NCBI GenBank assembly: GCA_046757025.1
Contig: JBHHXN010000019.1
Location: 1 to 50,617 of the forward strand
Length of the DNA: 50,617 nucleotides
Origin: a bacterium
GTDB taxonomy: Bacteria; Zhuqueibacterota; Zhuqueibacteria; Oceanimicrobiales; Oceanimicrobiaceae
Reading direction: 5' to 3'
The notes under the pieces: generated by a model
Databases searched by the model: none
Seen by the model: only the letters and a program-made list of their open reading frames with translations
What the model was told of the DNA's origin: nothing
Translations under genes and position numbers: made by a program
Shown here: one piece after another, positions 29,338-40,000 of the stretch
Layout: each line of letters opens with the position of its first letter
Position numbering within the stretch: the first letter of the stretch is position 1

Positions 29338-29646
29338 CTATCGACGATGCCAGCCACCGCCACCACCGCTTTTACCGCGATTTCCACCACCGCCACGTTG
29401 ATCTCTGCGAGGCCGGGCTTCACTAACCGCGATGTTCTTGCCTTTCAATTCCACACCATTTAATTCACTAATCGCGGTTACGGCTTCGGACTTGTCGGGC
29501 ATTTCAACGAATCCAAATCCACGCGACTCTCCGCTGTAGCGGTCTTTGATCACATTCACCGAGCTCACCTGGCCAAATTTCTCGAAAGCCTCTTGCAAAT
29601 CTTCGTTTGTGACTTCAAAAGATAAATTTCCAACATATAGATTCAT
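29338..29646 (-). CDS. RRM RNA-binding protein with Gly-rich tail
   Basis: LYVGNL (RNP2), SRGFGFVEM (RNP1), EARPR, GGGG tail. Confidence 0.95.
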   Translation of the reverse strand: MNLYVGNLSFEVTNEDLQEAFEKFGQVSSVNVIKDRYSGESRGFGFVEMPDKSEAVTAISELNGVELKGKNIAVSEARPRRDQRGGGGNRGKSGGGGGWHRR

Positions 29647-29861
29647 GACGTTCTCCTAATAACTTACAAGGTATTTGAAATTCGCCACCATACAATAAAT
29701 CAAAAACAAGATTGAACTTAAAGAAAAATGAGATAAGCGGTGAATGACAATAATAACCAGGTCCTTCACATTTCATTTATAATATATCAAGCCTTCTGTT
29801 TTGGTAATTTTGTGGCGATGAATTATTCGGGATAAAAAAATTGTGGAGCCGTTTCGAATAC

Positions 29862-30290
29862 TCAAACAATCTCCATCAATTGGATATCGAAAATGAGTTC
29901 TTTGCCGGCCAAGGGATGGTTCGCATCTAAAGTCACCGAAGAATCACTCACGCCCATGACGGTCATGATGATCTTTTTACCGTCATTTTGAACACTCTGT
30001 AATTTTTGCCCGATTTCGGCGTTTAAGCCATCGGGCAGCTCTTTTTTATCTATCTCCCAAACCAATTCTGCATTGTGCTCACCGTAGGCGCTTTCTGGCG
30101 GGATGGTTATCGATTTTGATTCTCCGGGCGCCATGCCGATAATTCCTTGCTCAAAGCCTGGAATCAATTGGCCATCGCCGATTGTAAATTGCAGTGGTTC
30201 GCGTTCTATGGAGGAATCGAAAATGGAACCGTCCTCCAATTTACCAGTGTAGTGCACCACCACCGTGTCACCTTGTGTTGCTTTTGACAT
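29862..30290 (-). CDS. slyD: FKBP-type peptidyl-prolyl isomerase (SlyD/FkpB-like, no His-rich tail)
   Basis: VHYTGKLEDGSIFDSS, LIPGFE, AYGE, DANHPLAGKEL. Confidence 0.92.
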   Translation of the reverse strand: MSKATQGDTVVVHYTGKLEDGSIFDSSIEREPLQFTIGDGQLIPGFEQGIIGMAPGESKSITIPPESAYGEHNAELVWEIDKKELPDGLNAEIGQKLQSVQNDGKKIIMTVMGVSDSSVTLDANHPLAGKELIFDIQLMEIV

Positions 30291-30467
30291 GTAATTCTCC
30301 TTGAATGAGGTTAAGATCGTACTAGAAATATGTCAGAGTCACCTGCAGATAAGAGAAGAAAGAGAAAAGAAATGAAAGAATGAATAGGAGAAACCGGGTC
30401 TTCTCGCGAACTTCGATTATAAGAAGCGATATCACATATCACTAGTGATGAATTGATCATTGCTTTT

Positions 30468-30496
30468 AATGTAACGTATAAAAATCATGAAAACAA
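30468..30496 (-). promoter_or_regulatory. Putative promoter TTGTTT-17-TACATT upstream of slyD
   Basis: Hexamer spacing on the minus strand; implies a ~170-nt pyrimidine-rich leader. Confidence 0.4.
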
Positions 30497-30759
30497 CATT
30501 TTTTTACATTAAATTAACTGAAGATATTTAATTTTCCTTAAAATATGGCGTATCTGGGATAAATGTAGCCAGCTAAGAAATGAAAGGCACGGCACCACTT
30601 TGTTGGGAAAAATATCGCCATAATGAGTAGCAATTATATAAAGAGTAAAAAAAGGTTGAGCATGAACAAAACGGACGGCCGTCTGGTTAATATGGAATCC
30701 AGCCGCGGGCAGGAACGGCAGAAAGGGCTGCTTTTGTCCAGACTCGTTATGTTTGGGGG

Positions 30760-31509
30760 CTATTTGGAATTGGGATCCATGAATTTAGTATTCGGGTGTT
30801 CCTGCTTCCATGTGCGCCAGCGAGTTTTAGTCGATTGAAATTCGGTAAGTTTGCGGTCTGCATGCACCCCGCTAATACAGGTTAATCCGTCTTCCTCCGG
30901 CAAATGATACCACAGACTTTCGGTTTCATAATCATACAAAACAAATGTTAAGTCATAGGTCCAACCGCTTGCACTTAACGTAAGCACCTTGCTTGTACTA
31001 TCGGATGTGCTGAAATTTACTATCTCGCGGCTGTACACGGCAGCCAAACCCACCAGCGGTCAGTAGGCCACCGCTACGTGCACGTCGCTAAATTTTTCAT
31101 TGGCGACCTCGTTTAAGCCCAGTTTTTGAATGGAATATGCGCGCGCATCTTCTTCGAAGCTGGTACCAAGAACCAGAAATGTGCTGCTGGCATCCGGATA
31201 CCCTGGTTGACCGGGCCGAAGCATTTTAGGTTCGAGAATCGGGGGGATGGCGTTTGGGCCCAGTCCAAACTCAAACTTTTCGGGCACGAAACCATATTTG
31301 TGCACCGCGTGACTTATCTCCCACCTTTTGCCGGTGCGATCGACAATAAAAATTTTTGTGGTGTCGGTCTCCACCGGTTCACCGGGTGTCACTTCGTCCT
31401 CCGGATTAGGATCTTGAAGATATTTGAGGGTAATTTCATCCTGCAAGCAGGCACTCTGTGAGAGCAGGAATCCAAATAGGAGGTATCTGACCATAAGGGA
31501 AGACTTCAC
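30760..31509 (-). CDS. DUF3179-domain selenoprotein (lipoprotein), UGA read as Sec at 31060-31062
   Basis: The two ORFs 31060..31509 and 30760..31053 are in one frame: VAVAY-TGA-PLVGLAAVYSR, where the family has 'YCPL'; DARAYS..L...EVAN and ASGW......LYDYETESLW motifs; hairpin GGCTG..CAGCC 14 nt after UGA. Confidence 0.85.
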
Positions 31510-31616
31510 ACTTGCTCCACGATTTTATGACACGTTTTCTACTGCTTTAGATAACAGTTCGTGAATCAATTTTATTTCCTGTTCGCGTAAAATCAATGAA
31601 ACAAAAGTAATTCGTT

Positions 31617-31758
31617 GAGACTGTCGAAAAAGTCCCCTTCATATCATTTCGAGGAACGAAGTGACGAAGTAATCTCCCAATTCAGTGCCTAAATCAAGGG
31701 GACTGCTATCGTCATTGGAATTCCTCGCAGTGACATCTTAGGCTTTTTCGTCAGTCAC
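31617..31758. mobile_element. MITE-like element (GACTGTCGAAAAAG ends)
   Basis: TIR GACTGTCGAAAAAG/CTTTTTCGTCAGTC (13/14); degenerate TCATTTCGAGGAA..TTCCTCGCAGTGAC cargo. Confidence 0.6.
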
Positions 31759-31815
31759 GTTGGCAGGTAAACCCCATGCGGACTGGTTACGTTTCTACAA
31801 AGCCGGCAAAGAAAT

Positions 31816-31856
31816 AAAAAAAGACCTCTCCTTGTAGGCAGGGAGAGGTCTTTTTT
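31816..31856. terminator. Intrinsic (bidirectional-type) terminator after susD
   Basis: A7-GACCTCTCC..GGAGAGGTC-T6. Confidence 0.85.
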
Positions 31857-31905
31857 AGTCAAGATTAAACAATCCGTGACGGATTTTCACATCCGCAAAC
31901 TTCGT

Positions 31906-33327
31906 TTAATAGCCGGCATTTTGCGTAATATTCGGATTTACGTTGGTTTCCTCAAAAGGAATGGGTAAAACGAATAATTCGCTTGGGTAAGCCATGATGC
32001 AAACCGGGGAAGTACAATCCGTTCTGACCACATCCTGCTTGTGCCGGGTGATATCAAAAAGCCGATGTCCTTCAAAGCACAATTCAATTCTTCTCTCTTT
32101 CAGAATTTCAGCCAGCAGGTCAGCACCGGTGGCAGTGACCGGAGCGGCGGAGGGCAGCGCTCTTTGTCGAATCAAATTCAAGTCTGCCTGTGCGCCGGTA
32201 TCGTTTCCTTGTTGTACTCTGGCTTCGGCTCGATTCAGGTAAACCTCGGATAGTCGAATCACCGGCAGGTTATCCGTGCCGATAGCGGCGCCGGTGCTGG
32301 GGTATTTGTTTACACGGAAGCTGGCGTACTGCCCCTGTAGGTTGGGATCGGTAGTGAACATGGTTTTCCGGATATCGTTATCGTCCATCATGGCCAGCAA
32401 AGAGTTCGCAGGCAGATAATCGCCGTAACCGGTCTCTTTGTACATGCCGCCCAAGTGATTCGAGCCGGGGTTGTCCGTGGCGGTGTACACCATTTCAAAG
32501 ATGGATTCCGCAGAAAATCCGTTTAGAAACATCGTTGGATATTCCGAAGCGGTTGCCAGGCTATATTTGCCACTTTGAATCACGGCGGTGGCCATCGCTT
32601 CGGCGTTGGCATAATCCTCTTTGTAGAGGTAAACCCGCGACAGCAAAGCCTGAGCCGCCTCCTTTGAGAAGCGACCGGAATTGGGCGGGTCGATGGTCAT
32701 CAAAGAGATAGCTTGCGTGAAGTCGGAAATAACTTGATCATAGACTTCTTTCACCGTATTCCTGGCCGGTTTGTTCGTGACATCGAATTCAAGCACCAGT
32801 GGCACCCCGGGGTGCGAAGCATCGGGGGTGAACGTATAGTGCTGGGCAAAAATCCTTACAAGGTCGAAATAAGCCAGAGCTCGCAGGGCATGGGCTTCGC
32901 CAACAAGCTGATTAAACTGGGCCCGAACAGATTCGAGCGGCTCGAAAGACGAATTGATCATTTGATTCGCCATATTGACCGCTTCGTATATTTCCGCCCA
33001 GAATTCTCTGTCGACGCGGTGCGTGGTGTTGATGGAACCATTGTATTCGGCCCATTCTTTCGCCCGGTTGGCGCTGGCATTCTGTTTTACATCTTCACCC
33101 ATAATGTCAGGCACTAAAAGCATGTAGCGCCCATACCAGTCAGCTAATTGTAACTGGTCATAGCCGCCAATTATAGCAGCTTGAAAATCCGATATCGATT
33201 GCAAAAATTCGGTATCGCTTACGCTTTGTTGTGGGGTTAGATTTAAAAAGTCATCATTGCAGGCGAAGCTAAACAAAATTATCACCAGCATGATAAGACT
33301 TATTTTGAATGTCTTGAATGGTTTCAT
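31906..33327 (-). CDS. susD: RagB/SusD-family nutrient-binding lipoprotein
   Basis: Lipobox FACNDDFL; GEAHALRALAYFDLVR, AAQALLSRVYL, IRLSEVYLNRAEA, ERRIELCFEGHR, QNAGY. Confidence 0.93.
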   Translation of the reverse strand: MKPFKTFKISLIMLVIILFSFACNDDFLNLTPQQSVSDTEFLQSISDFQAAIIGGYDQLQLADWYGRYMLLVPDIMGEDVKQNASANRAKEWAEYNGSINTTHRVDREFWAEIYEAVNMANQMINSSFEPLESVRAQFNQLVGEAHALRALAYFDLVRIFAQHYTFTPDASHPGVPLVLEFDVTNKPARNTVKEVYDQVISDFTQAISLMTIDPPNSGRFSKEAAQALLSRVYLYKEDYANAEAMATAVIQSGKYSLATASEYPTMFLNGFSAESIFEMVYTATDNPGSNHLGGMYKETGYGDYLPANSLLAMMDDNDIRKTMFTTDPNLQGQYASFRVNKYPSTGAAIGTDNLPVIRLSEVYLNRAEARVQQGNDTGAQADLNLIRQRALPSAAPVTATGADLLAEILKERRIELCFEGHRLFDITRHKQDVVRTDCTSPVCIMAYPSELFVLPIPFEETNVNPNITQNAGY

Positions 33328-33367
33328 GATTGCTCCTTTTGAACATTGGTAGTTAGTTTTGTCTGGT

Positions 33368-36300
33368 CTAAAGCCCAAAATTGATACCGAAACTGGCCGT
33401 CTTACTGATAGGTGTTATCGTGTTATAAACTCCGCTGATGACTTGTTCCGGATCAAAATGCAGATTGTCGTCGGCCACCCAGGTCCAATAATTATTTAGA
33501 TTGAGGTAAACTTCCAAATCGCGTACACCCAACCGGGATGTGACGGAGCGTGGCACATCATAGCCGACTTTCAGGGTTTTCAACCGAATGAAATCGCCCT
33601 TGAAAAGGTATCTTGAGGAATTTCGAGTATTCGATGACTGATTCCCGCCCCATCTAAACTGCGGGAAAAGAGCCTTCTGTCCGGGGGTGGTCCAGCGATT
33701 TTCAAATGCCCAGGTGGAAGTACTGCGCGGGGTGAAGCGTCCGTCACCATGAATGACCCAGCCGGGATTATCGTAAACATAATTTCCGAACTGGTAATTA
33801 GCCTGAGCCGTGATCATGACCCGGCCAATTCTTGCCGAAAGGCCAAAGCTACCGAAGAAATCGGGCGTGGCGCTTTTGCCGTCATAAAAACGCTCTGCCT
33901 GACCGATTTTGTTAGTGGTGGTGGTTTTCGTGGAATCGGTGTACCAGAGCGGATCTCCGTTCGCCGGATCCACGCCTGCCCAGCCATAAAGCCAATACTC
34001 CTGAAAATCCCGTCCTTCCTCACGTCTCTTGGTCCCAGCCAGGATGGGTTCAGGAAGACGGGTAATTTTATTGTTCAAGGTGGTGATGCTGAAATCGACG
34101 GCTACGTTCATGTTTGCCTTCCGCAGAATTTCTGTTCTCAGCGACAATTCAAAGCCGGTGTTTCTCATATCACCCACATTTTGCTCCACTTCCCTGAAAC
34201 CGCTGGTAAAGGAAAGTGGCCGATCCAGCAGCAGCTCTTTTGAGTTTCTTCTGAATGCCTCGAACGTACCCGACACCCGGTCATCTAATACCGCAAAATC
34301 AAAACCGATGTTCAGGTTTTGCTGGGATTCCCAGGTTAAAATTGGATTGGCAATCTGGGAAGGTGCCGCCCCGGGTTGTCCGTCGTATTCTCTGTTGAAA
34401 CCATACAAGCCGGCCCACGGAAAGTTGCCGATTTCTGCGTTGCCGGTTTCGCCATAACTACCTCTTATCTTCAAATAATTGAGGAATTCGATATTTTGCA
34501 TGAAGGCTTCCTCAGTAAGCGTATATCCAACGCCAAAAGACCAGAACGTTCCCCATCGCTTATCCGGTCCGAATCGCGAAGAGCCGTCTCTTCGGAGCGA
34601 AGCCGATGCATAGTACTTGTTAGCGTAATTATAGTTCGCTCGCGAAAAATACGATTGAAATGCGTAAGAGGTTCTGGAACTAAAGGAGGCAGTGGGAACC
34701 GCGGCGCTGGCCAGGGTTTTCAGGCTCGGATGGGAGAATCCTTCGCCCCAGGCTTCCACAACATCGCTGGTGATTTTCTGATTTTCAAATCCAAGCAGCA
34801 GATCGAGATTGTGGACGTCTTTGAAAGTGTGGCCATAATTCAGCGTCTGAATGCCTTGCCAATTGACGATATCGGTTCTGCCTTCATTTACGTCACCACC
34901 ACGGTTACGTGCATCGCCATATCTCATGTTTCTATATTGATATTCATCCACGTTTAAAATATCAAAACTCCAGGTGGTGCTTAAACTCAGGTCTTTTGTT
35001 AATTCATATCTGGCAAAAAGGTTGTCGATGATGCGGGTTTGCTCAAGTTCTCTTTCATCTTCGTTCAAATGGCCCACAGGATTGTTGCCGCCCATGAAAA
35101 AGTTCTTGTGATCCGCATAATATTGACCCTCGCTATCCTTAATGGGAACGGTCGGGGCCAGCAGATAAGCCAGATACATAGGAGCCTGCCACCGGGTGCC
35201 ATCCGTAATACCTCTTTGCTTAAAGTATGAAAGGTTCAAATTATTTCTAATTGTAAGTTTCTCATTGGGTTGCGCTGAAAGATTCACTCGGGATGAGTGC
35301 CGTTTAAAGAAGTTTTGGATGATCGCGCCTTCCTGATCGAAGAGACTGCCGGAAACAAAATAATTGAACTTATCGGTGCCACCGTGAGCACTGATGTCAA
35401 ACTGATTGGTGACCCCGGTGTGGGTTATTTCATCCAGCCAAATGGTATTGGCGGGTTCCGGAAATTGCTGTGCAAACTGAGCCTGAGCTTCTTCCTGGGT
35501 TAATCGACCGGAGTTGATGTAACCTTCCATGTAGAGCTGTCGGTATTGTTCGCTATTGAGCCCTTTGAGAATGTTACCAAAGGCAAAATCAGAATAACCC
35601 CGCTGGATTTTTACATCCACCTTGGGACCCGTACTGCGAAAGGCGCTGCCACTAACACCGCCTTTGGTGTTGATCATAACAACGCCGTTTGCTCCCCGGG
35701 CGCCATAAATAGCGGTGGATGCGGCATCTTTGGCAACCACGATACTTTCAATATCATTTGGGTTGAGGGATGCCAGCACATTTGAGCTCCGACCGCCGTT
35801 ACTAAAATCGGTTGTCGAAACACTGCCGGAAGTCACCGGAATGCCATCGATAACATAAAGAGGTTCATTAGAGGCGTTTATTGAACCAATCCCCCGTACT
35901 CGGACTGAAATGGCTGCACCGGGAGCGCCATCATTGGCGACAACTTGTAGCCCAGGATTCCCTTGTAGCACCTCTTGAAAGGACGAAACAGGTACTTGCT
36001 CCAGTTGTTCCGCATGAATCACTTTGATGGAACCCGTTAATTCTTCCTTGCGGGCCGTGCCGTAACCAACCGTAACGACTTCCTGTAGTCCGATGACATC
36101 AATTTCCAGATTGAAATTCTGAGTAATCGTGCCTGGCACCAGCGTGATTGCAACCGAGCCTTCTTTATAACCTATGAATCTGGCACTCAGTTGTACTTGT
36201 TGGTTCTGCGCCATGCCCGCGGGCGCCGAAAACTAAAAGCACCGTCCGCATCGGCGGCAGAGCCATAGCTCGTGCCCTGGATAAAAACATTAGCTCCGGG

Positions 36301-36420
36301 TAACGGATTACCGACATTGTCAAAAACCATACCGTTAATCGTAATACCTTCTTGCCCCAGTACGCACAAGGGCAATAGAGCCAATATAAACGTAACTAAC
36401 TACAAAAGGGGTCTTTTCAT
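33368..36420 (-). pseudogene. susC: SusC/RagA TonB-dependent transporter with a disrupted 5' end
   Basis: RBS GGAGG plus ATG at 36420; TAG at 36400-36402; 1-nt frameshift ~36225; the remaining 948 aa are intact (VTVGYG, EPLYVIDG, KDAASTAIYGARGANGVV, DGSSRFG, LTWE). Confidence 0.85.
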
Positions 36421-36887
36421 TAGCCTTTCCTCCCTTTTAATGAAATGATAGTGAAAAATAAATTAGAAGAATACTATAGGTAATTAAGTAGATATGGCTG
36501 AATATTTAACGCAATTATTACACTAAAACATGTATCATGAAGACAATATCAACTTAAGTCATTAAAAATGTTTAATATAACTTCAATTATCCATTAGCTA
36601 ATTCTGGTTACAAATTATTAAAAGTATGCAATTACATTCATACGATTAGGCAGATAAATGCACAAGTGATTACGCTCAAAAGAAAGTTTTACTGCACACG
36701 GATTTGCTTGAAATCTCAGCAAAACCTCACTCCGGATCTTTCCTAAATCTAATTTATTTGGGATTCAGCAGAGATGACCAGAATTCTGGGGCCGGCTGCT
36801 TTTCTCTAAAGTGAGAAGGCCTACAAACCGTAATCACGCGTTTTCTTAAAAAAGTAACCAACTATTTCCTGTACTGTTTATTTATTT

Positions 36888-37035
36888 AATGTCCATCCGT
36901 AAAGAGCCTTTTTTTGTCATTCCTGCATCCTTAAGCGGGAATCCATTGGTCACTTAGGCACGAGATGCCCGATGAGCTTGCCCCTGCATGTTGTAAGCCG
37001 GGAGCACTCAGGAATGACGATTACGGATGGACACT
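36888..37035. mobile_element. MITE-like element (AGTGTCCATCCG family), copy 3, inverted
   Basis: Reverse complement of 8832..8980; ATTT on both flanks. Confidence 0.85.
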
Positions 37036-37046
37036 ATTTAATGTAC

Positions 37047-40000
37047 TTATCTCAGCAATAACATCTTTTTTACGCTTGTAAAATCGCCGGCCTTAATTCG
37101 GTAAAGATACACTCCCGCTGCAGTTAAATTTCCCCGGCGATCTTTGCCATCCCAACGAATCTTATGAACTCCCGGCTGATACTCTGAATCGAGCAGGGTT
37201 TTGATTTCCTGGCCCAATACGTTGAATACTTTAATTTGCACCCGTGTCTGCATTGGAAGTTCAAATTGAATTTCGGTTTCAGGATTGAATGGATTGGGAT
37301 AATTTTGATGCAGTCGGTAGGTTAACGGGATAGTCCCTTCTGGCTCATTATTATTAATACTTACTACTAATAATTTTTCCTTGTCTGAATAGTTAAAGCC
37401 GCTATAAATTGCCCAGGCTGAAAAATAGGCTCTTTCGTTTTCATCAATGAAATTGCCTGAATGGCTGCCATTCAAAACAGATTGAATAATTACCCCATTA
37501 CCCAAAGCATCCTCAACCTGATACTGCTTGCCATTTAAGGGTCGGATGTCAGGCGGTCCTTCGAAAGATCGAACAACGATGACACCTTTAACAGAATCCG
37601 TACTTATTGTTTGCCAGTTGAATGTATACCCCTGAATTAGTTTTGTTGAATCGAAGACGACTAAATCAGCGAGTCGATCAAACGCGCCCATATCGTTTAC
37701 CGTGCCATCCGGGTCATTAAATTGAGAATCCGGGCTGCCCGCATCAATACAGGGCGAATCCGCTGAGAGCTGAAAATCACCCGCCGCAGCATTCTCAAAT
37801 AGTGGATTGACAGAGATGTTGCCGGCGCCGGCCCCGGAGACACCATTGAAGTCGATGCCGTTGTTCCAGACGTCGCTGTAGGTGACCGTAGGAGGAATCC
37901 CATCTTGAGAGTGAATACCAAGCTGGGCATTGCTGACAACCACGGCATTGATAATTTGCGGATTGGATGAAAAACAGGCGATTCCGGCGCGCCCGTTGCC
38001 CACGATGGTGACATTTTCGATGACACTCGAAGACGTGACATTACTGAGCTGAATGCCGTCATCAAATTGACCGCCGTTCGAGTCCCAGATAACGGTACGT
38101 TTGATTTTTGGAGAACAGTTTTGTACCAGAAAACCGGTGTCGTAAGAATGTAAAATCATGCAATTCTCCAGAGTCAAATTACTGCTCCGACAAATCACGC
38201 CTATTTCTGCATATTGAATGCGACAATGTTTTAGCGTGGTGGACGGAATATCAGCATCGAAAAAGAGTCCGCCCCACTCACCATGAAGGGATTCATTTAA
38301 TGAAGTAAAAGTAATGGGTTTTTCAACCGCGCCATGTGCATTTAATTCTCCAAAAATGACTAAATTTACAGGTTCTTCTGCATTTGGCATAAACTTCAAT
38401 GTCGTGCCGGGTTGGAGAGTCAGAGAAACATCACGGCCTATTTGTAGACTATTATGAATATAATACGGCGAATCTTCGCGACGCCAGGTGGTCTTGGTAA
38501 GCAAGGAGGTTAAAGTGACGACGGTACCCAGTTTATCAATTTCGAATATGGCAGACTCCGCCAAACCGGTAATGCCGGTCACCATAATCGAATCCCGAAA
38601 GCCTTCCACAAGATTCCCACTTAAATCAAGCGTGACGGTCTTATCGTTAATCCCGGCATTTTCAATGGTCACGGACGCGGCCGAAGGCCCGACAATCTGG
38701 TAATGGTTTTTATTATCTGCGCCGTTCAAAATGACGTTAAATTGGATATCGATTTTATCGCCGGCCGTTTGTTTGACGGCAATCAGGGAAGTTTGTTGGT
38801 TGAGAAAATTTCTCAAATCGAAGAGTCCGTATCCCTTCCGATAATGCCAGGTGTTATCCACCGCCAGTTGCGCATTCTTGGCGTCTTTCCGAAACATCGC
38901 CCGAATGGCGTCGTCATCGAGCGCCTCGTTTGACTCCAGAAGAGTCGGGAGACCTCCAGCGAGAAGCGGCCCCGACACACTAGTACCATTCACAGATTGT
39001 TGACAGCAAAGACCAAATACCGGTAACCGGTCACCATAAGAACGAAAGTCACCAAATGAACCGTTTCCATTAGTTTGAATATCTTCTGATAGCGCAGATA
39101 TGACCATCACACCGGGGGCCACAACTTCTGGCTTGTGTCGGCCATCGCGTGTGGGGCCGCCAGAGCTAAAAGTGGCAATTTCATCGATCACTTCATTAAC
39201 GGATACTTCGGTGCCATCAGGAATACCCGGAACATCTCGAACCCGAACGCGATTGCGGGTGACCATGGCGCCAACCGCAATGACATTCTTACCACAAGCG
39301 CCATTGGTTAAAGTGTAGTGGTTGTCGCTGGTGGAAAATGCAAAACCCGCTTCCGGATCGCCATCCCACATCCAGGCATGGACAGTCGTCGCGCTGACTG
39401 ATGACAAACGAAACTTCCAGGTACCAGCCGCCACTGAGTTTTCTAAAATCACTGAAATGCGTTTATCACCGTTGTAGGATTCCGATCCTGCCGATGCGTT
39501 ATCCACAGTGGCATTTCCCTGATTGGTGGTTTGTTTGCCGCTTTGCCCGGGCTGCAAAGTAAAGTCCGGCACGTTCCCCGGTCCCAGCACGCGGATGGTG
39601 ACGTTTTCAGCGCCGTCGTACCACAACTCAAATTCCAGTTTGGACGCGGTTTTGGCGACGGTGAATTCCATGTCCTCTCCGTTGGCATCTGCAGAAACCT
39701 GGTGGTGAATTGGATTCGCACCGTCATTGCCAGCGGATTGCACGATGATGCGGCCGGGCCCGGCCAGCAGATCCCGGGCCGCGGTCACCGGATCGCTGCC
39801 GTCATGCGGGCCGTTCTGGCTGCCCAGACTCAGATTTACCACGGCGGGTTTACCGAGCTGCCGGGCTTTTTCAAAAATGTAATTGACGCCATCCAGAATG
39901 TGGGTGCTCAATAAATCTGTTTTCACGATCACTAAATTGGCGGCGATGGCGCCGCCGTCGTACGCTGAATCCGGACCTGCGGCAATAAACTGCGCGATGG

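Noticed and set aside
9143..36402. In-frame TAG codons in two signal peptides (9143, 36400) suggesting amber recoding or pyrrolysine
   Set aside because: TAG is the normal stop of several intact genes here (7137, 7619, 12115, nxrB, chaperone), and both affected genes also have frameshifts
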